From contig OZ223236.1 in assembly GCA_965140445.1 (NCBI GenBank), positions 3,168,001 to 3,232,000 on the forward strand: a stretch of DNA of 64,000 nucleotides, read 5' to 3'. The notes beneath the pieces are model-generated. The model saw nothing but the letters and a program-made list of their open reading frames with translations. It had not been told where the DNA came from and did not search any database. The first letter of the stretch is position 1. The number at the start of each line of letters is the position of its first letter. This document shows positions 10,505 through 20,171 of the stretch, in pieces. The stretch comes from Candidatus Ozemobacteraceae bacterium. Its GTDB lineage: Bacteria > Muiribacteriota > Ozemobacteria > Ozemobacterales > Ozemobacteraceae. The position numbers were made by a program, and so were the translations under genes.

Positions 10505-12562
10505 TTATTTTGAAATTTCAACCATATCTATATATGGAATGCTGTTTGCTGCTGTAACAGTAATAGTAGCTTTCCCTGATTCTGGAACAAAAGAAAGTGG
10601 GATTTCTGTTGCGCCAGTATTAGAAATATAGCCTGCTCCAATAAGCTTGTTTTCATAGCTTACGCCAACATAAGATCCGGCAGGAGCGTTTACCTTAATT
10701 GAAGAAGCTCTCATTGAAAGTTTCTCATCATGGCTTACAGCAAGCTTCTTTGGTTGGCCCATGAAAGTTGTAAGAGAAGGGTCACCCATGAGGTGATAGA
10801 CTTCCCAATAGTAATGCTTTCTGGTTGAACTTGATTCTTCAACAGCAAGATTGCCTGCAACCATAAAGGCAGCATTAGTAACACCAGTCTCAAACATGGC
10901 TTCAAAAGCGCCAGGTCCAGTATTTTCTTTAAGTGGAGGAACGCCCTGATTATTTGGTTTTACGATTGAATGTAATCCAACACCCCACCAAATATCTTCA
11001 TCCCAATAAGTGCTGTTAGAGCCACCAACATAACCGATAGCGCCAGCATCTTTTGCTCTCAACCAAGCTTCCCCAAAACATTCAGAAACTTCAAATTTGC
11101 TGGTTAAACAGCAATTGCCAATTATAAATGGATATTTGCCTTTGTTACCAAGTCCTTTAATTTTAGCAATGCTAAAACTTGGATCTGCCCATGAAGTAGG
11201 TGAACCATGTGCTGTATAGTTTACATAGCAAGCGCCGTTACTAATATCTTTAAGAATGCTTGATTCATTTTGATGTGAACCGGCAGAAAGGTAGGTTGCT
11301 ATGTTATCAAAGCCATGTTCTTCGTTGATATAGTATTTCTTAGCATAGTTAATATGTGGCCAACCATGACTTTTAGCCCAATTACTATCCCATCCAGCGA
11401 TTAAAACAACATCATCAAGGAAAGAAGGATCTGGGAAAAGGAATTTTTCATATTCAAGGGTTTTCTCAATTTGAGGAATCAACTGGTCCACAGTCTGAGC
11501 AGAAAATCTGCCGGTTAACATGTCTGGAAGAAAATCCCCAGGAGTGACTGCAGCATAGTACAGGTCGGTTATATGAGTCTTGGTCTGACCTTTAAAAGCA
11601 GGTATTAAATCGTGATCTCCTACAAACAAAACGTAACTTGGTGCAGGAGAATCAATTGTTGCATTGTTATACAAACCATGAAGATAATCCTGTAAACCAC
11701 TTTTGAGTGCTTCACCTGTCCCAAATTTGTCAGTGAAAACGAGGTCAACATTGAAACCTTTTTGTGTTTTCCAGGCAACAAAAGGAGCAAGAGCTTCTTT
11801 AAACATTGGATCAGATACGATTACGTATGTTTCTTTGGTATTTCTTTTTGCAAAATGCAAAGCTTCTGGAACTGTAACCATTTTTTCCATCCAGGAAAAA
11901 GCAGGAGTCCAGAGGTTAGTGCACATAGCTTTTGTTTTAGAAATGTTAGATCCAGTTAAAATAACTTCAAATTCAATGTTGTTGTAAACAACAATTTTAT
12001 TTTCTACAGCATTATATTTGATTGGGGAAATGACAACATTAGCAAGTCTCATATGTCTCATCTGCCCAATTTCTTTAATGGATGTTAATTGCTGTCCATT
12101 AAAACCTTTAGTAATATATGCAGATTTTTCATAGAGGAAAGGAACTTCTGATCCATCTTTTGGTGCAGATGGTTGTCTTGGGAAAATTGGATCACTGATT
12201 CCATAATCCGCAAGTTTGTATTCCTTTGTGTCATAACCTTTAACTTCAATTCTAAAATTAGAGCCAATTGGGATTTGAATGAGTTTGCTGATTACTGGAA
12301 GCTGAGGTGTTCCATATTCTCCACCGAAATAAAATTGGGGTGAATAAATAACTGTGAAACCACCTTTTGGCGTTTCAGCATCATAAAAATGGAGTTTATC
12401 CAATGAACAATTCATGCGAAGTGTCATTTCGCTTGATCCACCCATCTTTTCGGAAATGATTTCCAATCCACTTTTGTTGGAATTTGAAAGCACTATTTCG
12501 CCTGCAAAAGCGCTTCCGCACATAAAAATCACCAGAACTAATGTCGTAAAAAATCTTTTCAA
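10505..12562 (-). CDS. C25 family cysteine peptidase (gingipain; Kgp-like) with propeptide and C25 Ig-like C-terminal domain
   Basis: signal peptide; NYTAHGS (catalytic His), IIGNCCLT (catalytic Cys), TDLYY, GRFSA, YHLMGDPSL. Confidence 0.92.
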   Translation of the reverse strand: MKRFFTTLVLVIFMCGSAFAGEIVLSNSNKSGLEIISEKMGGSSEMTLRMNCSLDKLHFYDAETPKGGFTVIYSPQFYFGGEYGTPQLPVISKLIQIPIGSNFRIEVKGYDTKEYKLADYGISDPIFPRQPSAPKDGSEVPFLYEKSAYITKGFNGQQLTSIKEIGQMRHMRLANVVISPIKYNAVENKIVVYNNIEFEVILTGSNISKTKAMCTNLWTPAFSWMEKMVTVPEALHFAKRNTKETYVIVSDPMFKEALAPFVAWKTQKGFNVDLVFTDKFGTGEALKSGLQDYLHGLYNNATIDSPAPSYVLFVGDHDLIPAFKGQTKTHITDLYYAAVTPGDFLPDMLTGRFSAQTVDQLIPQIEKTLEYEKFLFPDPSFLDDVVLIAGWDSNWAKSHGWPHINYAKKYYINEEHGFDNIATYLSAGSHQNESSILKDISNGACYVNYTAHGSPTSWADPSFSIAKIKGLGNKGKYPFIIGNCCLTSKFEVSECFGEAWLRAKDAGAIGYVGGSNSTYWDEDIWWGVGLHSIVKPNNQGVPPLKENTGPGAFEAMFETGVTNAAFMVAGNLAVEESSSTRKHYYWEVYHLMGDPSLTTFMGQPKKLAVSHDEKLSMRASSIKVNAPAGSYVGVSYENKLIGAGYISNTGATEIPLSFVPESGKATITVTAANSIPYIDMVEISK

Positions 12563-12857
12563 GTAAGTTCTCCCCTTATTTAAAAAACTTTGGTCTTCGG
12601 TTTCGGCTATGAAATTAAATTACATAGCTAGCATACAAGCATACAGTAAATGAAAAATGAAAGTCAATAACAAGAGCTTAGTGGCTATCAATTTCGCAGA
12701 AAAATAGTCATTTTCCCTTTTACCAGGCTTTTTTGGTATTCAGCCAAAGTAATATGAATACATGCTTGAAAAAAACATATTCGATTTTTCTAAAACCTGG
12801 AGTGAGTTTTAGTTATTAAAAATATAAACTTGTTGGTTACAAAATCAGGAAAATCAA

Positions 12858-12885
12858 TTGTGTAAATTAAATTTGCTGCTATGGT
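12858..12885 (+). promoter_or_regulatory. sigma70-type extended -10 promoter (TTGTGT-N16, TGcTATGGT), probably leaderless
   Basis: -10 ends 6 nt before the ATG at 12892; no SD. Confidence 0.45.
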
Positions 12886-12891
12886 TTATCT

Positions 12892-13527
12892 ATGGAAAAA
12901 AAGATTTGCCCTTTATGCCAGTTTTTATCTGATTTTTTTTACAAAGATACAGCAAGAAACTACTACAAATGCACGAATTGTTCTCTAGTCTTCGTTTTAC
13001 CAGAAGAGTTTGTTTCAATTGAAGAAGAAAAAGCGGTTTATGAACTTCATCAAAACTCCCCTGAAGATCAAGGGTACCGCAACTTTTTATCGAGAATTCT
13101 TGAGCCTATGGTGCAAAGAATATCGTTAAATTCAGTTGGATTAGATTTTGGCTGTGGTCCCGGTCCAACTCTTTCAATAATGTTTGAAGAAAAAGGTTAT
13201 CAAATGAAAAATTTCGATCCCTTTTTTTGTAATGAAACAAAAAACTTAAATCAAAACTATGACTTTATTACTTCAACCGAGGTTTTGGAGCATTTAAGAA
13301 AGCCATTTGAGTCTTTAAATAAAGTTTGGGGTATGCTTCGAAACGAAGGATATCTTGGTATAATGACAAAGATGGTTATTAATAAGGAATCTTTTAAAAA
13401 TTGGCATTATAAAAATGATGAAACCCATATTTGCTTTTTTTCGAAAAAAACATTCGCATGGCTTGGTGAACTGTGGGATTCAAAGCCTATTTTTTTAGGA
13501 AGTGATGTAATTCTTTTTAAAAAATGA
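12892..13527 (+). CDS. class I SAM-dependent methyltransferase with N-terminal Zn-binding motif
   Basis: CPLC..CTNC; LDFGCGPG; TEVLEH. Confidence 0.88.
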   Translation: MEKKICPLCQFLSDFFYKDTARNYYKCTNCSLVFVLPEEFVSIEEEKAVYELHQNSPEDQGYRNFLSRILEPMVQRISLNSVGLDFGCGPGPTLSIMFEEKGYQMKNFDPFFCNETKNLNQNYDFITSTEVLEHLRKPFESLNKVWGMLRNEGYLGIMTKMVINKESFKNWHYKNDETHICFFSKKTFAWLGELWDSKPIFLGSDVILFKK

Positions 13528-13613
13528 AATCTTAATTAAGCAGAATTAAACATTTAGATTTTTTAAGTTCTGTTTTGAGTAAAGAAAAAATAATGCTTTT
13601 GTGAGGACTATTA

Positions 13614-13865
13614 TTGATGAAAATTGTTGCTTTTTTTGGGTTAGCTCTGTTTATGCTGTATGGTTTTTTTGACACCTTAAGTAAGGGAAGTATTAGTGAA
13701 CAGACTAAAGGAAATTATTGGACACCATCTAAGACTAAGGTTTATTCAAGGGAGAAAAATCCGATACGTTTCTGGAGCCGGGCTTTAGGTTATCTTGCTG
13801 TCTCGTTGGTGCTTTTTATAGTGGGATTTTGGGAAATTGGATCTTTAACTGGAGTTATAAAATAA
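13614..13865 (+). CDS. small 2-TM hypothetical membrane protein
   Basis: two hydrophobic segments flanking 'REKNPIRFW'; SD GAGGA. Confidence 0.6.
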   Translation: MMKIVAFFGLALFMLYGFFDTLSKGSISEQTKGNYWTPSKTKVYSREKNPIRFWSRALGYLAVSLVLFIVGFWEIGSLTGVIK

Positions 13866-13919
13866 TCTGGTTTTGTTAACATTTGATTTGAAGTTTTTCT
13901 GATTAAGGAGACTACTGTT

Positions 13920-14423
13920 TTGAAAATTGAACAAAATTCTTTGAACAAACTATTACCTTTGGTATTCATTATTTTTTTCAGTTCTATTGCATATTGCATT
14001 TTGCCTCCATCAATAATGAAAAAGAAGATATATGATTCTGAGATAAAAGGCGTGGCAAAGGTAGTTAGTCTAAATCAACTTTCCAGTGATGAATTAGATA
14101 AAAAGATAGAAGTGGAATTTGAATTTGAGTGTTTCTTTGATTTTAAAAACCCGGAAAATGAATTAAAAGAAAATCGGATAATAGATAGCAAAGGAAAAAT
14201 TGTAAAACTGATTATTTTTCAGCCACTTGAAGGCGATTTGCCAAGAAAAGGTGGGCCAATTTTTTATCAGCCAGAGGTTGGAAAAAAATACTTTGTAACA
14301 GGTAAAAGAGCTGGAGACGTGGTAACCAGTCTTACTGAAATGAATCAAAAACTGGAAGCAGCCATAAAAAATAACCCCGCCTCAATTGAAGCGGGGATGA
14401 CTTCTGTTTATGTAAAAGATTAA
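13920..14423 (+). CDS. hypothetical secreted protein
   Basis: signal-like N-terminus; SD AAGGAG; TTG start. Confidence 0.65.
   Translation: MKIEQNSLNKLLPLVFIIFFSSIAYCILPPSIMKKKIYDSEIKGVAKVVSLNQLSSDELDKKIEVEFEFECFFDFKNPENELKENRIIDSKGKIVKLIIFQPLEGDLPRKGGPIFYQPEVGKKYFVTGKRAGDVVTSLTEMNQKLEAAIKNNPASIEAGMTSVYVKD
14365..14396 (-). terminator. intrinsic terminator of the ABC-F gene, embedded in the convergent CDS
   Basis: minus strand CCCCGCTTC-aatt-GAGGCGGGG-TTATTTTT ~45 nt after the ABC-F stop. Confidence 0.65.
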
Positions 14424-14439
14424 AAATAAACCAGCACTA

Positions 14440-16071
14440 TTATTGATTCATTGCTGCCAGCTCAGCTGATTTATGTTGATAATAGTCATAGTTGCCTTCA
14501 TAGGTTCTCAACGCTCCATGATCAACTTCAAAAACCCGGTTAACTAATCTTTTAAGGAAATACCTGTCGTGGCTTACAATCATTACGGTACCTTCAAATT
14601 CCTGCAATGCTTCTAGAAGGACCTCGCGACTTGTAATATCCAGATGGTTTGTTGGTTCATCAAGTATCAGGAAATTTACTGGCTGGGCCAGAAGGCAGGC
14701 AAGCATGACCCTGCTTTTTTCTCCACCAGATAAAATAGAAATCTTTTTGTCTGTATCGTCGCCAGAAAACAGGAAAGCTCCAAGAAGGTTTTTTATTGTT
14801 CCAATGCTAGCCATTGGAAGACGCCCCTGCAGCTCCTCAAAAATTGTTCTTTCAGGATTTAAAGCATCACAGGAGTATTGACTGAAATATCCTAGTTGAA
14901 CACTTGCGCCCAGCGAACATGTTCCACCTGTTGGTTCAGTTAACTCGCTTATAACCTTTAGAAATGTAGATTTTCCAGCCCCATTCACACCGGTAACGGC
15001 AATTTTATTAGTTCGTAAAACTTTACCGGAAACGCCTGAAAATACTGGCAACTCTCCTCCATCATAAAGAGGCCAGGTCTTGGAAAGATTCTCAAATTCG
15101 ACAACCACATCACCACTACGTTTTACTTCACCAAATCTGAATTTAATTACCTTTGGATCTGGTGGGACAACTATTCTTTCAATTTTATCCAGAGTTTTAA
15201 CTCGTGACTGTACTTGAGCCGCATGAGATGCCCGGGCGGCAAACTTTGCAATGAATTCTTCTTCTTTGGCGAGCATCGATTGTTGTCTTTTTTGAGCTGC
15301 TAAAAGCTGTTCTCTTCTAATTACACGCTCTTTCAAATAAAAATCATAATCACCGCTATAAGTTGTAATTGTCTCGCCAGCGACTTCAATTGTTCTGGAA
15401 CAAATTCTGGTCATAAACTCTCTGTCATGGCTAGTCATTACCAATGCGCCTTTAAAATCTTTTAACCATGCTTCAAGCCAGACAATGGTTTCAATATCAA
15501 GATGGTTTGTGGGTTCATCGATAAGCAAAACATCCGGATTCAGAAGAAGGATTCTTGCAAGCGCTATTCGCATTTTCCAGCCGCCAGAAAAACTTTCTAC
15601 CGGAAAATTCCATCTATCTGGACCTATCCCCAGGCCATTTAAAATTGTTTGTGCCTGCGTATCCATATCATAGCCATTAAGGTGCATAAATTCTTCTTGA
15701 AGCTTGCCATAATCATTTAAAACGACATCGTCCATTTCAAATTCAGGCAAAGCCATTTCATTTTCAATTTCCTGAAGTTTCAGACCAATTTCATATACTT
15801 TACCAGCTCCGGCTTTTACTTCTTCTAAAGCGGAGCGACCTGACATTTCACCAACATCTTGGGAAAAATAACCGATGACAATTCCGGCATTAATGAAAAT
15901 TTCGCCTTCATCGGGTTTTTCTTCGCCGGTAATCAGACGAAAAACTGTGGTTTTCCCTGCACCATTAGGACCGACAAGTCCAATTTTGTCACCTGGCCTG
16001 ACCAGAAAGTTAGCGTTTTCAAAAAGTACACGATTAGAGTATGCAATTTTAACATTTGATAGGTTGATCAT
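14440..16071 (-). CDS. ABC-F family ribosome-associated ATPase
   Basis: two NBDs (GPNGAGKT, FSGGW, LIDEPTNHLD; GVNGAGKS, LSGGEK, LDEPTNHLD), no TM; ATG at 16071 preferred. Confidence 0.93.
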   Translation of the reverse strand: MINLSNVKIAYSNRVLFENANFLVRPGDKIGLVGPNGAGKTTVFRLITGEEKPDEGEIFINAGIVIGYFSQDVGEMSGRSALEEVKAGAGKVYEIGLKLQEIENEMALPEFEMDDVVLNDYGKLQEEFMHLNGYDMDTQAQTILNGLGIGPDRWNFPVESFSGGWKMRIALARILLLNPDVLLIDEPTNHLDIETIVWLEAWLKDFKGALVMTSHDREFMTRICSRTIEVAGETITTYSGDYDFYLKERVIRREQLLAAQKRQQSMLAKEEEFIAKFAARASHAAQVQSRVKTLDKIERIVVPPDPKVIKFRFGEVKRSGDVVVEFENLSKTWPLYDGGELPVFSGVSGKVLRTNKIAVTGVNGAGKSTFLKVISELTEPTGGTCSLGASVQLGYFSQYSCDALNPERTIFEELQGRLPMASIGTIKNLLGAFLFSGDDTDKKISILSGGEKSRVMLACLLAQPVNFLILDEPTNHLDITSREVLLEALQEFEGTVMIVSHDRYFLKRLVNRVFEVDHGALRTYEGNYDYYQHKSAELAAMNQ

Positions 16072-16079
16072 GGGCAAGG

Positions 16080-16108
16080 ATTCTAGTGTAGAAGGGATTT
16101 TAAGTCAA
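16080..16108 (-). promoter_or_regulatory. sigma70 promoter TTGACT-N17-TAGAAT, probably leaderless
   Basis: -10 ends 8 nt before the ATG at 16071; no SD. Confidence 0.65.
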
Positions 16109-16363
16109 TCATTTTTGTAGAAGCTTTACAGAGATGAGTTGAAAATTATGGAGGAATAATTTGTTTTGATAAGTAATTATATAAAAAGCTTTGTTATTAA
16201 AAAGTAGTTGAAGTGCTTGTACTAAGGTTGAAAATTGCAATTTGAGAAAGGAAAAACTTATAAGTCAGAATTACATGTAATTTTGTTCTAGCCAGATTTA
16301 AAAGAGAAATTTTTTGTTTTAAATTGAAAATAAGATGTTGAAGAAAATGCTTAACATAAATCT

Positions 16364-17401
16364 ATGTTATATAAAGGAAAACAAGATTTGGAGAAAAAAT
16401 TGAGATTCTATTTAATAGTCGTTTTGCTTTTGATTTCTCCGTCCCTATATGGAGATTTTCAGCAGTTTGAAGCTCTTAAGGAAAAAGGGGAATTAAGAAT
16501 TGCTTTAAATGGAAAAGATATTATTCCTTTCTTTTATACAGATAAAAATGGCACGCTTAAAGGCATAGAAATCGATCTGGCTAATGAAATTTGCAAGCAA
16601 TTAGGTGTTAAGCCAATTTTTAATCGAAGTACCAAAAGTTTCGAGGGATTAGCAGATCTTATCGCCAGCGATGAAGCAGATATATGCGTTTCCTACCTAT
16701 CCATAACTCCAAGAAGAGCCAGAAAAGTTTTATTTTCCCGGCCATATATGCGATTTAAGGCTACTTTATTGGTTAACTCTATGACTGCCACCCGAAACGG
16801 CTGGAACGCAAAAGAAGCAAGCTTTTTTGATTACCTGAAAAAAAATAAGGGAGAAGGAATTTCAATCTTGACTGAGAAGGGGGGCTGGTATGCACAGCTT
16901 TCTAGAGTTGAGTTTCCAAAAGCTAAAATTATTGAAGTGAGTGACTGGGAAAAACATATTTCAGACGTTTTTGCAGGAAAAATCAGTTGTGTGTTTTACG
17001 ATAATTTTGTTCTTGGAGATATTTTAAGAAAACATCCAGAGTTAAACACAAGACTTTTTTTAGAGGAACACAAGGAAATAGAAGATTTAATAGGCATTGC
17101 AGTTTCACCTGAATTGTCTCAGTTAGTTCCTTGGCTGAATAGCTTTATCGAACTAAATCGTCATAAATTCCTGGTAGAAAATCCTGAGAAGTTATTTCAA
17201 ATAAATGAGTCGATTGAGCAGGAAAATAGAACCCAAAATGAAGCGTTTGAACAGCAAAATGTTAATGCCGATTCAAGAAATAAAGCAATGACAGCCGTAA
17301 TGATTTCCTGCTTTATTCTCTTCTTAGCTATATTTTTAAGGGTCAAATACGTTGCTGGTAAAATTAGCTTTTGCCCAGAAAAAAAAGAGGATAAAAAATG
17401 A
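16364..17401 (+). CDS. amino-acid-type substrate-binding protein (SBP_bac_3) with C-terminal TM anchor
   Basis: KGELRIA..PF...GIEIDLA..I...LGV; SITPRR.RKV.FSRPY; C-terminal hydrophobic helix; true start may be a TTG at 16388 or 16400. Confidence 0.85.
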   Translation: MLYKGKQDLEKKLRFYLIVVLLLISPSLYGDFQQFEALKEKGELRIALNGKDIIPFFYTDKNGTLKGIEIDLANEICKQLGVKPIFNRSTKSFEGLADLIASDEADICVSYLSITPRRARKVLFSRPYMRFKATLLVNSMTATRNGWNAKEASFFDYLKKNKGEGISILTEKGGWYAQLSRVEFPKAKIIEVSDWEKHISDVFAGKISCVFYDNFVLGDILRKHPELNTRLFLEEHKEIEDLIGIAVSPELSQLVPWLNSFIELNRHKFLVENPEKLFQINESIEQENRTQNEAFEQQNVNADSRNKAMTAVMISCFILFLAIFLRVKYVAGKISFCPEKKEDKK

Positions 17402-18687
17402 AAGAAATGGAAAAGGAAAAGAAAGAATCCTGGTTTGAAAATCTTCGTTCTCCATGGGCAATACTTATTGGGGTAATCCTGGGTTTTGCTTTTGGGGTGC
17501 TGTTTCCTAATAATGGGAAAGATTTTCAATTGGTTGGCGATTTATTTTTGTCTTATATGACAATGTGTACACTTCCTATTATTGTTTCTGCTGTAATATC
17601 AAGTCTTGGAGGAGCTTTTCGATCAAAAAAGGCCTCAAAAAGACTACTGTCCATGTTTAAAAATATTTTGCTTTTTAATTTAATGATTGCTGCTTTAACG
17701 GCTGGAGTTTTTTCTTACTATGAGATGGGATATAAAATTGATAAAGAAAAGCAAAAAACGCTTGGGAATCTGGTAAAGGTTCACTCTTCAGACAATGAAG
17801 TGTCGTTAGCAAATAAAAATGTTTTGAGCTTAGATTTTCTAAAAAAATTAATTCCAGAGAATATCTTTGCCGCCTTAAGTAAAGGAGATATTGTTGGAAT
17901 TATTTTCTTTTCAATCTTTTTGGGCATTGCCTTAGGGGTTTTACGATGTGAAAGCAGTCAAAAATTATTAGAAGATTTTGATGCAATTTTTAGAGCTTGT
18001 CAGGTAATGCTTGAATGGGGATTATACTTTTTACCGATCGGCATCTGTAGCATTATTGCTTCTCAGTTCTCTTCACTTGGGGGAGAGACATTTAGAGCTA
18101 TTCTTGAACTCTGTTTCTATCTTTACATGGTTTCTTGTTTTGTTATTCTTATTTTTTGGTATTTAATAAGCAAGGTTTCGGGCAAGTCGATGAAAGAGGT
18201 TTTTGTTGCCTTGAAAAAACCTCTTTTAATAGGGGTTTCCACGCAAGACAGCTTGTTGGCAATACCATCACTTATAGTGGCTTTCCAAAATAGTTTCAAT
18301 CAGGATAACGATGATAGTTTGCAATCAACGATTCCATTAACGGTTTTATTTTGTAAAACAGGAACAATAATCTATATGATTGCTGTAACTTCTTTTTTCA
18401 TAGTTTTTCTTGATCATCCAGTTGAGAATATAGTTGTTTCATCTATATTTCTCATTCTTGGTCCAGTATTTTTAAGTTTTGGTGATTCAGGAGGAGGTAC
18501 TGCTATCTATAGCATGTTAACCGTAATTTTGAACTATTTCGGTTTGCCCATTGCTGTTGCTATTCCGTTACTAGTAAGTTTTGATTTTCTCTTTGATCCG
18601 GTTTTAATAGCAGTTGATCTCTTAGCTGCTTCAACGATTGCTCTTTTTCAAACCAGAAAATTTGCAATAATTGATCAAAAAAACTAG
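17398..18687 (+). CDS. dicarboxylate/amino acid:cation symporter (DAACS/GltP-like), divergent
   Basis: GDLFL..M..LPIIVSAVISS, IPENIFAAL..GD..GIIFFSIFLGIAL, PIGI motifs; ATGA overlap with the SBP gene. Confidence 0.85.
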   Translation: MKEMEKEKKESWFENLRSPWAILIGVILGFAFGVLFPNNGKDFQLVGDLFLSYMTMCTLPIIVSAVISSLGGAFRSKKASKRLLSMFKNILLFNLMIAALTAGVFSYYEMGYKIDKEKQKTLGNLVKVHSSDNEVSLANKNVLSLDFLKKLIPENIFAALSKGDIVGIIFFSIFLGIALGVLRCESSQKLLEDFDAIFRACQVMLEWGLYFLPIGICSIIASQFSSLGGETFRAILELCFYLYMVSCFVILIFWYLISKVSGKSMKEVFVALKKPLLIGVSTQDSLLAIPSLIVAFQNSFNQDNDDSLQSTIPLTVLFCKTGTIIYMIAVTSFFIVFLDHPVENIVVSSIFLILGPVFLSFGDSGGGTAIYSMLTVILNYFGLPIAVAIPLLVSFDFLFDPVLIAVDLLAASTIALFQTRKFAIIDQKN

Positions 18688-18800
18688 GATTGAATAACCG
18701 AAAACACAATAAATACTGTTAGCTTAGTTAAGGTTTTAAAACCATCCATTTTTTATAAGCAGATTTTTTTAAGACTTAAAAGGCTACTTGCAAGGAAAGT

Positions 18801-20171
18801 TTGATGAAAATAGTTATTTCAGGCGGCGAAGAAATTGGTTTCCTTTTTGCCAGACAGTTTTCTTTTCACAGTGATGTTCACGTAATTGAAACAGATGAAA
18901 CTCTTGTCTCTCAACTGGAAAAATTAGATTTACAAGTTGTTAAGGGAAATCCAACCAGTTTAGCCACGCTTCAGGAGGCAAAAGTAGATGATTGTGATGC
19001 TTTTATTGCCTGTGCCAAATCAGATGAAGTAAATGTAATTTCAAGTCTCGCTGTAAAACAACTTGGTAAAGCTAAAACATTTTGTTTCGTAAATAAATCT
19101 CATTACTTTGAAACATTTGCAGGTGAACTTGGAGAGCATCTTGTCATAGATGGATTAATCTGGCCTGAAAAACTTCTTGGGGAATATATCTGCCAGATCA
19201 TTTCTGTTCCTGGCGCTATCGATGTAAAGCTCTTTGAACATGAAAATCTTAAGTTGCTTGAATATCGCTTTAAAGAAGGGGATTTAAACGTAGGGAAAAC
19301 ACTTAAAGATCTGAAGATGCCCAAAGGGACGCTCGCTGTAGCTATTTTCCGGGGAGAAAAAATTATTATTCCGGGCGGTTCAACCGTTTTTGAGGTTTTT
19401 GACAAAATAATTTTCATGGGTTTAGCAGAAAATATCAGAAAGTTAGAGGCTAGCTTCAATCCGGTATCAAAAGAAAGGCAAAATGTCGTTATCGTTGGCG
19501 GAGGTAATGTTGGTCATATACTTGCCGGTTCACTTCAAGCAACAGGAAAAGCAAAAATTCGTTTAATAGAGAGCAATCCTGATCGTTGCCAATATTTAGC
19601 AGAGCATCTTTCAGACTCTATTTTAATTTTAAATGCCGATGGAAGTAGCCAATTTTTCCTAAAATCTCAGCAAATTGCAAATTGTGATTGTTTCGTTGTT
19701 TTAACCGGTTCGGATGAAAGAAATTTGCTTGTTTCTATGCACGCAAAAAGACTAGGTGCAAAAAGGGTTATAACCCGCGCTCATTCAGTAGAAAACATTG
19801 ATCTTTTTGAACAATTAGGGATTGATGTGGCTTTAAGTTCACAATTTAATGCTATTCAAAACGTAACCAAAAAGGTGTCAGATGACCACATCGACATATT
19901 CACTATTTTTGAAAAAGGAAAAGCAGAAATTCGCGAAATAATTGTTCCAGCGAACTTTCCTCCAAGTAAACTTATTGATCTAAAGTTGCCACACGGAGTT
20001 ATAATTGCGGCTATAAGGCGTGGAGGACAAACAATAGTGCCTCATGGAGAAGATAAAATTAAGGGTAAAGACCGACTGAGAGTTTTTTGTGCTGTTGACC
20101 AGGGTGAATCAATTTTAGATTTTTTAAATGAGTTTTGCAAAAGCAAACATCAGGAAAAAAATTCCCCATGA
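18801..20171 (+). CDS. trkA: Trk system potassium uptake NAD-binding subunit
   Basis: two RCK (TrkA-N/TrkA-C) pairs: KIVISGGEEIG, VIVGGGNVG. Confidence 0.92.
   Translation: MMKIVISGGEEIGFLFARQFSFHSDVHVIETDETLVSQLEKLDLQVVKGNPTSLATLQEAKVDDCDAFIACAKSDEVNVISSLAVKQLGKAKTFCFVNKSHYFETFAGELGEHLVIDGLIWPEKLLGEYICQIISVPGAIDVKLFEHENLKLLEYRFKEGDLNVGKTLKDLKMPKGTLAVAIFRGEKIIIPGGSTVFEVFDKIIFMGLAENIRKLEASFNPVSKERQNVVIVGGGNVGHILAGSLQATGKAKIRLIESNPDRCQYLAEHLSDSILILNADGSSQFFLKSQQIANCDCFVVLTGSDERNLLVSMHAKRLGAKRVITRAHSVENIDLFEQLGIDVALSSQFNAIQNVTKKVSDDHIDIFTIFEKGKAEIREIIVPANFPPSKLIDLKLPHGVIIAAIRRGGQTIVPHGEDKIKGKDRLRVFCAVDQGESILDFLNEFCKSKHQEKNSP

Noticed and set aside
14440..16110. Antibiotic-resistance ABC-F with an attenuator leader
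   Set aside because: The promoter abuts the start codon, leaving no room for a leader peptide or attenuator; it looks like a housekeeping ABC-F
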